The position numbers and the translations under genes are program-made. This document shows, in pieces, positions 26,283 through 37,145 of a stretch of 64,000 nucleotides of DNA (the first letter of the stretch is position 1; the number at the start of each line of letters is the position of its first letter). Under the pieces are notes generated by a model. It was not told where the DNA came from. It saw nothing but the letters and a program-made list of their open reading frames with translations, and did not search any database. Source of the DNA: an uncultured virus (IMG/VR IMGVR_UViG_3300049982_000338) (taxonomy: Duplodnaviria; Heunggongvirae; Uroviricota; Caudoviricetes); IMG/VR virus record IMGVR_UViG_3300049982_000338, one strand, 5' to 3'.

Positions 26283-26633
26283 CTACACCTGCCCGGCGCA
26301 CGCCTCCCACTGCGCCCGCCGAACCCGCAGCACCCCCGCCGGGATCAGCACCTCACCCCCGGCCGGCACCACGATCGACCCGCAGGCCCGTACCGCCCAC
26401 AGCCCCCGCCCACCCGGGCCGGCGACCAGCAGCACCCCCACCACCGTGCACGCCTCGAGCCCGACGAAACGGGCGGGGCCGGTGTTCACCGCCCACACCT
26501 CGTCCACCCCGGCCAGCACCACCGGCACCGGCCGGTAGCCCGCCGCGGAGGGCTCCACCGGGGGCGACCCGGCCACCGGTGGGGCGATCAACAGCCGGCA
26601 CAGCAGGGGAACGTCCAACGGGCACGGCTCCAC
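26283..26633 (-). CDS. hypothetical protein
   Basis: preceded by a late-type motif (26651-26664); beta-rich composition. Confidence 0.55.
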   Translation of the reverse strand: MEPCPLDVPLLCRLLIAPPVAGSPPVEPSAAGYRPVPVVLAGVDEVWAVNTGPARFVGLEACTVVGVLLVAGPGGRGLWAVRACGSIVVPAGGEVLIPAGVLRVRRAQWEACAGQV

Positions 26634-26826
26634 GGGAAGATGCGGTGCACGGCCCGGAGCCAGCTGCCCGGCTCAGGGTAGCGGCGCCGACCCCGGGGCG
26701 GGGGGGGCACCGGCGGGGAGGAACGCCTGGGCCGGCCGCCGGCGAGGCTTGCCCCCTCGGGTGGCGCACCAGCCCAGGCGCCCCCCAGTGTCCCCGCGCC
26801 CCCACCCCCGGCCTACCGGGGGGCGC

Positions 26827-27622
26827 TCACCGCCCGGGCGGGGGCCACACGACGTGCAGCATCGGGGACTCCTCGGTCGGTAGCTGCTCCAGCGGCAGCG
26901 ACGACGGATGCCCCGTGGCGGCGGCCAGCACCCCCGCCGGGTTGTCCGGGATCCGCACCTCCCGCGTGTCCGTCCGCGGCGCGGCCGGGCGGCCGGGGCG
27001 TTCGGACAGCAGCCCGCACGAGCACACCCGCACCCCCTCCTCGTCGGCCGACCCCAGCGGGTGGGCGCCCATCGTGCCGGGCGTGTTGCAGCGGCGCATG
27101 CGGTCACTCCTTCGGATCAGGGGGATGAGAGCGACCGCCACGATGGCGGCCACCAGCACAGTGGCGAGGACGGCCCACACACCGGCCATCAGGTCGACGG
27201 CCACCACCTCGCCGGTCACCGTTCCGCCGGTCACCGGGCGACCCGGCGCCGGCCGGGTTCCATCACGAACCCCTCGGTCGGTGGCGCCACCGGTGGGGGC
27301 AGGGCACCGCGGGCGATGTCCCGGGCCCGCAGCCGGTCCGCCAGCCCCAGCACCGGCCCGAGCAGCACCGCGGCCGCCACCGCCGCCAGCAGCCATCCGC
27401 CGCCGATCAGGACGGCGACCCCCACGACGGCACCTCCTCCTCCGCGTCCGCCTCCGGCAGACACGCCGGGTGCACCAGCCGCCGCCGCCGGAACGTTGCC
27501 AGCGCATCGAGGGGGTCCAGGGCGCGCAGGCACCAGCAGCAGCGGGTGTGACGGTTCTCGGCCCGGACCTCCCGCCACACCTGCCACCGGAACAGCAACC
27601 CGCCGAGCAGGCCCCCGATCAC
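26827..27622 (-). other. cluster of 3 small ORFs, mostly membrane proteins
   Basis: hydrophobic segments in the 3' parts of 26827..27507, 27231..27587 and 27407..27928; starts uncertain. Confidence 0.45.
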
Positions 27623-28197
27623 GACCGGCCCTGCTGCTGGGCGCCGGACCGGTAGTCCGCGAACTGGCACTGCCGCCGGTGGTGCTCCGCCAACAACGCC
27701 TGCGTCCACGCCCCCAACTCGTGGTCGGTCAGATACGGCAGCACCCCGATGCCCTGACCGGGTTCGGCGCCGGGCAGCACCCCCAGGTCCCGGTCCCGCT
27801 GCAGCCGGGCCAGGGTGCGCTCCACCGGCGACCCCAGCTTCGGGACGTTCCACACCGGCTGCGGGGCGACCCGCGGCCGATACCCCTGCCCCGCGCACGA
27901 GCACTCCTGCGGGTCGGGGCAGGTGCACGCCGACGCCACCGTCCCCGGCGGCGCCGGATAGGGGGCGAACTCCTCCAGCGCATCCCCCGCCGCCGCCGTG
28001 GCTGGTGACCGGGAGTCCCGCCGGGCCCCCGGCCCTGGGTCCGTCGGGTGCGGCACCGGTGGCGCGGCGAACGCCGCCTCCAGATCATCGGCGGGCAGGA
28101 ACTCGGCGGGCCGGAACTCCTCGACCCGCACCAGCCGCGGCGAGGGGTGCCCGGCCGGGCGCCGGTCGGCGGGATGGGTGGGCTGTGGGCTGGACAT
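27619..28197 (-). CDS. hypothetical protein
   Basis: GGGGGA RBS; Pro-rich with CTC..CSC. Confidence 0.55.
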   Translation of the reverse strand: MSSPQPTHPADRRPAGHPSPRLVRVEEFRPAEFLPADDLEAAFAAPPVPHPTDPGPGARRDSRSPATAAAGDALEEFAPYPAPPGTVASACTCPDPQECSCAGQGYRPRVAPQPVWNVPKLGSPVERTLARLQRDRDLGVLPGAEPGQGIGVLPYLTDHELGAWTQALLAEHHRRQCQFADYRSGAQQQGRS

Positions 28198-28257
28198 GGT
28201 GGTTTCCCCCGGTAGCTTCGAGAGCAGGCAGAACAGGCAGAGCAGGCAGGGCGGGTG

Positions 28258-29823
28258 TCAGCGGCCGGCGCCGATCCGGCGACCACCCCCTCCACCGATC
28301 CGCAGCCCGGCCGCGGACCCCACCCGGGCCTCCCCGATCAGCGGAGAGATCACCAGCGCCAGCACCGCCTGGGTGAGCATGTCCACCGCGTCGTCGTGCT
28401 GGCCGTTCGGGAACGACGCGGCCTCGTCCACGAGTTCGGTGACGTTGGGCAGGAGGTGTGGTTCCGGGAGGTGCACGTTCCCGGCGACCACCAGCGGCGC
28501 CGCCGCGTTCGCCCGGGCAATCTTCCCACCCTCCGGCTCAACCGCAGTGAGCCCCACCACTTCGTTGCGTAGGAGGTCCATCACGGCGGTGCCGTTCGCC
28601 TTGTCCTCCACTAATTTCGTGATCGCCTGCGGCCACCGGGCGGACAGTGCCTTCACCGCGTCCACCGACTCGGAGAACGACATGCGGCGGCGCACCATGT
28701 CCAGCAGGTACAGCTCCCCGCCCCGCTTCAGCCACACCCCGCCCACCACGTAGTCCGAGGACGACGTCTTCTTGAACGCCATGTCCCAGGACTGCGCCAG
28801 CTGATCCCCCGCCGCGGGGGGCACCCACATCGACCCGTCCGCCCGCTCGAGCGCCAGCGGCGCCGAGTACCGGGCCCACGTCCCGCGCTTGAACAGCAGC
28901 CCCTCCGGCGGGGACGGCTTCCCCTGGTACAGCGACGTCCAGTTGGTGACCGACCGGCGTTTGATCTGCTCCCACTGCTCCCTGGTGCGGCCACGCGCCG
29001 ACCGCAGGAACTCCCCCGGCTCCCGGCCCAACGGATCGACCTCGCCGAGTTCGGGGCGGTGGTCGGCCTGCGCCGGAATGTTCAGCACCGTCCAGCCCTC
29101 CCCCTCCCCGTTCTCGTCCTGCGCGATCAGCCGCCCGGCGAGGTCGTCCTCATGCCAGCGGGTCATGATCAGCACCACCGGCGCCCCCGGGGCGAGACGC
29201 GCGGACGCGGTGCCGGTCCACCACGTCCACGCCGCCTCCCGGTAGGTCTCCGAGTCCGCCTCGGCGCGGCCCTTCACCGGGTCATCAATCACGAGCAGGT
29301 CCACCGGCCGGCCGGTCAGGGCACCGCCGACACCGGTGGTGAACACCCCACCGTCGTGCCCGTCGAGCTGCCACTCGTGCTGCGCGGACAGGTCCTGCCG
29401 CACCCGCAGCCCCAGCCGCGGGTGGGACACGATGTCGTCCCGCACCGCACGCCCCCACCGGCGGGCCAGGTTCGACTCGTAGGAAGCGATCGCCACCCGC
29501 AGGCTCTTGTTCCGCAGCAACGCCCACAGCACGAACGCCCGCGCCGCCCGCTGCGACTTTCCTTCCTGCGGTGGCATCGAGATGATCAACCGGCCGTCGG
29601 GGGTGTCCAGCAGGTCGACCAGTGCCCGGTCGATGAGGCGGAGGGCGTCGGTCTGCCGGACCCGTCGGTCGAGGTCGACGGCGAGGGCGCCGGGGGTGGG
29701 CCACTTCTCGTCGGGGTGGGCCTGTCCGCGGGCGTCGTCCCGCTGCAGCAGGGCGAGGGCTTCGGCCTCGAGTTCGGCGTCGGTGAGCTCGGCGGCCGGG
29801 CGGGGTGGCAGGACGGTAGTCAT
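28258..29823 (-). CDS. terL: terminase large subunit
   Basis: ISMPPQEGKS (Walker A), LLVIDDP (Walker B), MTRWHEDDL, SWDMAFK, VEDKANG, HDDAVD. Confidence 0.97.
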   Translation of the reverse strand: MTTVLPPRPAAELTDAELEAEALALLQRDDARGQAHPDEKWPTPGALAVDLDRRVRQTDALRLIDRALVDLLDTPDGRLIISMPPQEGKSQRAARAFVLWALLRNKSLRVAIASYESNLARRWGRAVRDDIVSHPRLGLRVRQDLSAQHEWQLDGHDGGVFTTGVGGALTGRPVDLLVIDDPVKGRAEADSETYREAAWTWWTGTASARLAPGAPVVLIMTRWHEDDLAGRLIAQDENGEGEGWTVLNIPAQADHRPELGEVDPLGREPGEFLRSARGRTREQWEQIKRRSVTNWTSLYQGKPSPPEGLLFKRGTWARYSAPLALERADGSMWVPPAAGDQLAQSWDMAFKKTSSSDYVVGGVWLKRGGELYLLDMVRRRMSFSESVDAVKALSARWPQAITKLVEDKANGTAVMDLLRNEVVGLTAVEPEGGKIARANAAAPLVVAGNVHLPEPHLLPNVTELVDEAASFPNGQHDDAVDMLTQAVLALVISPLIGEARVGSAAGLRIGGGGGRRIGAGR

Positions 29824-32800
29824 CGGAGGGCGGCGAGGATGAGGGTCATGCCGAGGCAGGCGGTGAGGAACTCGGCGGCGATCAGTGCCAGTGCGGCGCC
29901 GAGGAGGGCGAGGCTGGTGACGGCGGTCAGCCCGGTCAGCAGCAGGCGGGCGACGGTCATGACGCGACCTGGGGGAGGTGGATGGGGCCGGTGTCGGCGT
30001 CGGCGTGGGAGGGCCGCCACACGGTGGCGCCCGCCGTGGGTGGGGTGGGGAGGGTGCCGGTGCGGGGGCGGATGGACAGGACGGGTCCCCGGTCGGCGAG
30101 GGGGTCGCCTAGTTCGGCGATCAGCGTCTCCCAGGAGCAGGTGCCGATGGACAGCGGCCCGGTCACGACGTCACCGCCAGCACGGCCAGCGTCAGCAGCG
30201 CGCCGCCGACGAGCACACAGGACAGGAAGGTCAGCCCGGCTTCGGTGTTGGTGACGAGGGTGCGGACGGTGGCGCGCCGCTCATCCCGGGTGCCGTGCAC
30301 GCCGGCGGCGCGGGCGCGGCCGATCACCCGTCGTGTCACGCCGAGGAACAGCACCGGGCCGACGAGCAACGCCAGCAGCGCGAGCAACGCGATCACGACG
30401 GGGCCTCGGTGGCGGCGCGGGAGCAGCCGGGGCACAGGTCCCGGGAGTCTCCGGTGCGGGTCCACCCGGCCGGGTAGCCGTGCCCGTAGCGGGCCTCCGC
30501 CGGGGACAGGGCGGGGGTGGGGAGGGCGGCGCGGCAGCGGGACAGGGGGATCGTCGCCCGGTCGGTGGGCGTCCCATCGCAGGACAGCACGATGCGGGCG
30601 GTCATCGGGCCACGCTGCCGATGCCCTCGGGCAGTGGGCGGCGCATGGGCACCACCAGCAGCCGGGTCTCCGGCCAACCCTCACGGTCGAACACGGGCCG
30701 GCCGGTGGTGTCCCGGACGAGGAGTTCGGCTTCGACGTCGGCGCGGCCGTCGGGGTAGCCGCGGACCACGACGGACCCGGAGAGGACGTCGCGGGACGTC
30801 CAGCCGTGCGCCCGGCACCACGCCTCCAGGTCGGCCGGGCCGGCGAGGGCGCGCCACACGTGTTCGTCGCCGCGGTCGACGTGGACGGTCCAGAGCGGCA
30901 CGGTAGGAGCTGCGGTCATGCCGCGGCCCCGGCGTGGGTGGGGCACAGGTCCCGGCCGTCGAGCCGGGCCCAGCCGTGTCCGGCGGCGCGTTCCCGGGCC
31001 TCGCCGACGGCGACGGCGCCGGGGACGTCGACCCGGCGGGGGCACCGTCCGTGCAACACCGCGCCGCCGGCGGCGGGCCCGAAGGGCACCCGGTCCTCGC
31101 AGTGCACGGTGATGGTGGCGCTCACGGTCGGCCCCGCTGGTTCTGCCGCGGGATCAGCGGGGTGACGGTGGCGGGAGCCAACGGGCAGGACGGCCAGTGC
31201 GGGGCGTCCGGGGACTGCCGCCAGTCCCCGCACGTGCACCCCGCCGCGTCCTGCTCGGCGAGGGCCCGGGCGTCGGCTCGGCCGGCGGACATGGCCTGCC
31301 AGTGCGAACCCTCCAGCCGGTAGTACTCGACGCGGGCCGCGTGCCACGCCACGCGGGCCTGCCACACCTTCCGGCGCACCGTGGACACAACAGCAGAACG
31401 GTCAGGCATCAGGGTCCCCGAGATGGTTGGTGGCCAGCCCGTAGGGCGGCAGCAACAGGTCGACGTCGCGTTCGACGCGGCGGGAATGGGTGGGGCAGTA
31501 GTGCTCGGCTACGCCGGCCCGCAACGACCAGCCCGCCGCCTTCCCCCGGGTCCACGCCCCGGCGCGGGTCGCCGCGGGAGGGCCGGTCAGCTGGCAGCCG
31601 GTGCGGGCGCACTCCAGCTCGTAGGTGACCCGGATGGTCACCGGCTGCCCCCGATCCAGCGGGGCAGCCGGCGGGACACCTCGAGGACGGCGCCGAAGTA
31701 CACGAACCCGGCGGTGCAGGCCAGCCACGGCCCGGCGAGGGCGGCGGCCATCAGCCGCTCACCGCCGGTCATGGGGGTGGGGGTGTCGTCGTAGGCGAGG
31801 AGCCCCGCACCCCCGTCCCGGTCGGTGCCCTGGCCGGTGGCCCGGTCGGTGGCCTGGTCGGCGGCCCGGAACTCGTCGTGCTCCTCGATGCCGACCGTGC
31901 ACGGCCCCCCAATGACCGGGCACCCGGCCCGGCAGTCCAGACACGGCCCCGGCACGAGCGGCCCCACGGGACCGGTGCGGGGCAGCACCTCACGGCAGGC
32001 GAGGGCTTCGGCCCGCCAGTAGTTGCCGTCCGGGCAGTCCAGCACGCACGCCGGTGGCAGCACCCCGGTCACGACGCCGCCCGATGACGAGCCGTGGGTG
32101 CGGGGAGGGGGCCGCCGAGGATCCCGGTGTACGGGTTCGGAACGACCGGTGCGACCGGGGTCAGGGCCGGGGCCGGCGGCACGAGCACAGCACGCCACCG
32201 CGCCCCGTCCCACGACCACACGTGATCGGGGGCGCCGGCGCACCGCAGCACCCCATGCCTACCGGCCCGGCACGCCAGACGCCGCCACCAGCCGCTCACG
32301 AGGACACCCCATCCGACGAGGCTGCAGCCTCCGCGGTGCGGGCCGCCGCAGCCTCACGACGCAACCGGGCCGCCGAACGACGCGCCGCCGCCGCCGCACG
32401 CATGTGCACCGCCGCCTCCGCCTCCACCCGCTGCGCCTCGATCAGCAGCCGATCGATCCGAGCCCCGCTCACGACGGCACCCCCGACGGGTCGGAGGTCC
32501 AGCCCTCGCGGGCGAACTCGACGTCCGGGCCACCGACCCAGAAGTAGCCGTGCGCCGCGCAATGGCCCGCGGTCCTGGCCGTCGACTCGACGGGGGCCAG
32601 CCGACCGGAGCAGGCCGGGCAGAACCCCTCGGACACGGCAGCCTGGTGGTGCGCCCACTCAGCCGGCGTGCCCGCCAGGTCCGCCAGCAGCCCGGGGTCG
32701 ACGTGGCCCAGGGACACCGATGCCTCGAACCGGGCGGTCACTGGCCGGTCCCCTTCCCGATGGTCCCCAGGAAGGTGCCGAGGATCCCCACGGCCTGCGA

Positions 32801-32938
32801 CTCGGTGAACCGCTCCTGCCGCAACGCCACGTACATGCCGCGCACGTGCTGCGCCAGCTCCCGCATCGCCGCCGGCGCCTCCTCATCCGGATGCGGACCC
32901 GGGTCAGGCAGCAGACCGGTCAGGTCCTCGTCGCTCAC
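29820..32938 (-). other. array of roughly a dozen tiny coupled ORFs (many Cys-rich or membrane) between TerS and TerL
   Basis: successive ATGA/GTGA overlaps, e.g. 30393.., 30602.., 31122.., 31402.., 32469..32741, 32738..32938. Confidence 0.6.
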
Positions 32939-33480
32939 AGCACACCCTCCAGCGGCACCCTGTCCGGGTTGTCCGACAGCCGACGCTGGATCTCCGCCGA
33001 CACCTCCTGCAGACGGGCACGCGCCTCATCCGGCGACAGCGACGCCAACTCGATCGGCCCACCCTCCGGGCCCGTGTGCACCTGATGGTCACCGAGCCCG
33101 ATCGCCTGCCGCTGCACCTTCGCCGACACCTCCAACCACCGGGAAATGTCCGCGGCCGTCATCGTCGACACGTCCAGCCGGGCCAGGGCGTCGACCAACT
33201 TGCCCTGCATGGCGTTGGCGATCCGCAGGTGCCGCTTCCCCACCTCCCGGCGGGAGTTGATCTGCTGCTGCCGCCACAGCCGGTCCTGCTCGTCCTCCCA
33301 GGCGGCGACGCGGGTGACCCAGGAGTCGCGGGCGGACCACCGCTCGACGATGGTGGTGGATTTGCCCAACTGTTTCGCCACCCGTGCCAGGGAGCGGTCG
33401 GCGCCCATGTCGCGGTAGAGGACGAACGCCTCGAACGCTTGGGTGGATTCGCCGTGTAGGCGTTCCCAGGGCTGTGCCAC
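32935..33480 (-). CDS. terS: terminase small subunit
   Basis: PWERLHGESTQAFEAFVLYRDMG..RSLARVA..ERWSAR..WVTR; C-terminal HTGPEGGPIE. Confidence 0.8.
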   Translation of the reverse strand: MAQPWERLHGESTQAFEAFVLYRDMGADRSLARVAKQLGKSTTIVERWSARDSWVTRVAAWEDEQDRLWRQQQINSRREVGKRHLRIANAMQGKLVDALARLDVSTMTAADISRWLEVSAKVQRQAIGLGDHQVHTGPEGGPIELASLSPDEARARLQEVSAEIQRRLSDNPDRVPLEGVL

Positions 33481-33780
33481 GCGGTGTTCCCCCGTTTTCG
33501 GTACGAATTCGCCCCGATTGGGGGGCGCCTGGACAGTGTGACAGTGGGTGAGCGGGCGCGCCGGTTGGGTAGGGGTTGGTCGGCGTGGCGACACCCGGCC
33601 GGGGGTGTGGGACCTAGGGGTCTGGCGTACATCGGTGCTGGCGGGGAGCCTGCGGGGGCTTCGACGACCGGCAGGGGAGATCCGATGGGTGATCGACCGG
33701 GCGTCGTGGTGATGCCGTCGGCGTGGGAGGAGATGGGGCTCGGAGGCCCGCCCGACACGGCGATGGTGGCGGTGGGTTCA

Positions 33781-33819
33781 GTCCCCGGGGGCGCTGGTCG
33801 CGGACCGGCCCCCGGGGAC
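33781..33819. terminator. long GC stem-loop
   Basis: GTCCCCGGGG..GCTGGTC-GCG-GACCGGC-CCCCGGGGAC. Confidence 0.5.
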
Positions 33820-33832
33820 GACCGCCCGGGGG

Positions 33833-35379
33833 TTAGTCGGGCCAGGGCCCGTCACCCCGCGGGGTCTCGGCGGGCGGGGTGTCGGGTTGCCCGGTGAGCC
33901 GGGTGCTGCGCCAGACGAGGGCGAACGCGCGGTCGTAGTGCTCCTGGGAGTGGTGGCCCGCCGGCAGCGCGCACGTCAGCACCGGGCCCGTCGGGCTGCC
34001 GTCGATCGTCTCCTGCTCCTGGCAGACCGCAGGGCGGCCGCGTGCGGGAGCTGAGGGGTCAGCCATCGGAGCCCTCCGTTGGCGGGGTGACGGTATAGCC
34101 GAAGCGGCGTAGCTCGCTGACCACGGCGTCGCGGGTGGCAGCCTCGACCAGGCCGGCCCGGATCTCGACCGCTTCGCGCACGGCGCCGTCGAGGTACCGC
34201 TCGAGGATGAGCTGCCCGGTGTCGGGGTCGTACTCAAGTGGGGGCATCACGGACAGCCGGTAGAAGGGGAGCTCGCGGTCGGTGTGCTCCATGCGGGTCG
34301 GTGACCCGTACCAGCGGTCAGCCATCGCCGCAGCCGAGCCCGAGATCGGTCAGCAGGTCGAGGGTGACGTCGATGGTGTCCTGTTCCCGGAGGGCGGCCA
34401 TCAGGTCGGCGGAGTCGTACTGCCCGTCGGGTTCGGTGATGAGGACCCCGGTGACGGCGAGGACCCGCTCCGTGCAGGAGAACGCTTCCAGGTAGCCGCG
34501 GTGCTCGGTGGCCCAGGTGCGGGCGCCGCGCATCTGCCGGCCGGTGATGACCCGGTCCCCGCCGGTAGCGGTGGTGGTCATCGGACGGCGACGGCGAGGA
34601 CGACGAGCGGGCAGTCGTGGGAGTGCTCGCCCGGCTGTGCGTCGCACACGGGGCAGGGCGGGCAGGGCAGCGGCGTGGTCACGGGGTCTCCAGGGGTCGG
34701 GGGTGGATGGGGACGTCGAGGGCGCCGGGGCGGCCGAGGTGCTCCCAGTCGCCGCGGGGGATCGCCAGGACGGCGGGTGCGCGTTCCTCGCCGCGGGCGG
34801 TCCAGGTGAACGTGGCGAGCTCGGCGGTGAGTTCGTCGAGGAACACCCGGTACTGCAGCGGGGGCAGCGCGGTGGCCGGGCCGGCGATGAACCCGCCGGG
34901 GGGGACGACGGTCGTCACCGACGCGGACCGCTCAGGCATCGTCGCCACCCGGGAGGCCGAGCAGCGCCTCACCCGAGCCGGGGGCGAGGGCGTGGTCGCG
35001 GCAGTGCGCGATCCGCCCGTCGTCGGTGACACCCCACCCGCGGGAGCGGCCGAACCGGATGAGCAGGGGCAGCGCCTCGGCGAAGTTGGCGGCGCGGATG
35101 TCGGCGTCCAGGACGACGTCGCAGCCGCCGGGGTGGTCACACTCCAGGGCGACGTGGCGGATGCCCCACACGTCGGGGGACGGATCGGACAGCGGCTCAG
35201 GCACCGGGTGCCTCCAGAGGTGAGGGGTGGACGGGGCAGCGGGGCGGGCAGGCGGGCACCGGCAACGTCAGGCAGGTGCCCTCGTGTCCGGCGGCGAGGT
35301 GGCACAGCCCCCCGGCGGCGGGCGCACCACACACCACACGGAGCCGACGCCGGCGGTGACGTCCCACAGCGGTAGGCAT
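33833..35379 (-). other. array of small hypothetical ORFs
   Basis: coupled ORFs including 34059..34325, 34932..35204 and the 3' parts of 33833, 34318, 34679 and 35197. Confidence 0.55.
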
Positions 35380-35381
35380 GG

Positions 35382-35828
35382 TCAGGCGGCCCGGCGGGCG
35401 TTGTCGTACACCCGTTCCGCCGCCCGGCACTCCACGCAGGTCGGCTCCCCGTTGGTCATGTGCTGCACGTACCCGCGGTGCGAGCCGTGCTCCCGGGGTC
35501 GTTTCCCGGACAGGATCGGCGGATGCCCCACCGTGACCACCGGCCCGGACAGGGACCAGTCGAGGAGTTCGCCGGTGGTGCGGGCGGGGTCGACCATGCC
35601 GGCGAGGATCACGGCGAGCGCGTCGAACCGCTGCACCGCCAGCTCGAGCCCACCGGTCTCGACGGTGTCGGTGGGGACGCGGGCGAGGATCCCGGCGACG
35701 GCGTCGGGGCCCTCGTCGTGGACGGCGACCACCAGGGCGGCGGCGATCGACACCAGCTCGGCCGCGAGGTCGAGGCGGGCGCCGTCGGGATCGTCGTCGG
35801 GTAGGGCGGGAACGAGTTCAGCGGACAC
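35382..35828 (-). CDS. hypothetical protein with C-terminal HG..GY..H..CxxC zinc motif
   Basis: RBS motif then GTG; REHGSHRGYVQH..CVECRAA. Confidence 0.7.
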   Translation of the reverse strand: MSAELVPALPDDDPDGARLDLAAELVSIAAALVVAVHDEGPDAVAGILARVPTDTVETGGLELAVQRFDALAVILAGMVDPARTTGELLDWSLSGPVVTVGHPPILSGKRPREHGSHRGYVQHMTNGEPTCVECRAAERVYDNARRAA

Positions 35829-35869
35829 GGTGCAGCTCCTCAGCTGGTCGGACGGAACACGTGCGGTGG

Positions 35870-36088
35870 TCATCGGATGCGGGGGGCGGGTGGGTGTTCC
35901 CGGCGGGCTGCGCGGAGGGCGCCGTCCTTGCGGGCGTAGCCCTGCCCGGGGCTGCCCACGATCTGCCCGTTGCGGGCCTTCACCCGGTACCGCCACAGCC
36001 CGCCCTCGTCGGGGTACACCTCGACCCGGCGGGGGTCGCCGTCGGTGGTGACGGTGGCGAACACCACCGGCTTACGGCCCCCGGTCAC
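35870..36088 (-). CDS. DUF1508/YegP-like protein
   Basis: EVYPDEGGLWRYRVKARNGQIV..QGYARKDGA. Confidence 0.75.
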   Translation of the reverse strand: MTGGRKPVVFATVTTDGDPRRVEVYPDEGGLWRYRVKARNGQIVGSPGQGYARKDGALRAARREHPPAPRIR

Positions 36089-36657
36089 GCGGTCACCGCT
36101 ACAGGCCGCAGGATCGCCGCCGGCCAGACCACGCCGACCAGGGCGCGGGACTGCACCACCGGCAGCTCGCACAGCGGGGCGCCGAGCTGCGCGCAGCCCA
36201 TCGCCATCAGCCACGCCGCGTCGGCCTCGTTGTCGTTGCCGACGTCGAGGCCGGGCAGCCGCCGGTAGGTGGCGGCGATCATCGCCGACTTCGCGCAGTT
36301 CCCGGAGCCGGTGGCGTACTTCTTCACGTTCGCCGGGGGCGCGAACGCCAGCGGCACGGCGGCCTCGGTGACCCGGTCGACCACGTCCCACCACAGCTTC
36401 GCCCGGTCCCAGGTGGACGTGGACTGCGAGGCGTAGGACGGGGCCTCGACCACGATCAGGTCCGGGGCGGCGGCGTCGATCTGGTCGACCACCCAGGCGC
36501 GGATGGCCCGGAGGCGGGTGAGGCGCTCGGCGTAGGAGTCACCGCGCTGTCCCTTCGTCTTGTGGGACCAGACGCGGTCGGGGAGGGCGCAGCCGGTGCC
36601 GGCGAGGGACAGGTCCAGGCCGAGCACACGGGGCGGGGTGGGGGTGGCGGTTACCAC
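36085..36657 (-). CDS. ruvC: RuvC-like Holliday junction resolvase
   Basis: VLGLDLSLAGTG, IVVEAP, VKKYATGSGN, NDNEADA. Confidence 0.9.
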   Translation of the reverse strand: MVTATPTPPRVLGLDLSLAGTGCALPDRVWSHKTKGQRGDSYAERLTRLRAIRAWVVDQIDAAAPDLIVVEAPSYASQSTSTWDRAKLWWDVVDRVTEAAVPLAFAPPANVKKYATGSGNCAKSAMIAATYRRLPGLDVGNDNEADAAWLMAMGCAQLGAPLCELPVVQSRALVGVVWPAAILRPVAVTA

Positions 36658-36965
36658 GGGATGGGCTCCTCGGTAGGGGTGAGCGTGTGCAGGGCGAGCC
36701 GGTACTGCTCGTCGGCGACCAGGGCATCCCCGAACCCGGTGGCCGGGCGGGGTGCGGTGGGGGTGGTCAGGGGTTGCAGGGCGGTGGCGAGGCGGCCGGT
36801 GTCGGCGTCCCAGTTCATGCGGTGCCGTTCGACGGCCAGGGCCACGTCGGCGCGGCGGCGGGCCGCGGCCTTGCCCTGCGCGATCTGTGTGCGGCAGCGG
36901 TGGACCGCCCGCGCCCAGCCCAGCAGGGCGGGTAGGGCGGCGGCGGTCAGCAGCAGCACGGACAT
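36651..36965 (-). CDS. membrane-anchored hypothetical protein
   Basis: N-terminal hydrophobic segment. Confidence 0.55.
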   Translation of the reverse strand: MSVLLLTAAALPALLGWARAVHRCRTQIAQGKAAARRRADVALAVERHRMNWDADTGRLATALQPLTTPTAPRPATGFGDALVADEQYRLALHTLTPTEEPIPW

Positions 36966-37145
36966 GAGAAGGGGGCTCCCGGTAGAGGGCGGCGCGGGCG
37001 GGGTCAGGGCCCGTGCGATGGTGGCGGTGACCGCCCGGAGCTTGGTAACCCCGGACAGTCACGAACCGTACAGGTTCGGTGATGACGCGGCGGAGCAGGG
37101 CGGTAGTGACCTGCTGGAACGCGGCGTGTCGAGCGGAGCCCCCCT

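Noticed and set aside
33740..33830. tRNA-like GGGTTCAGTCCCC
   Set aside because: No cloverleaf or acceptor stem; better explained as a terminator-like hairpin.
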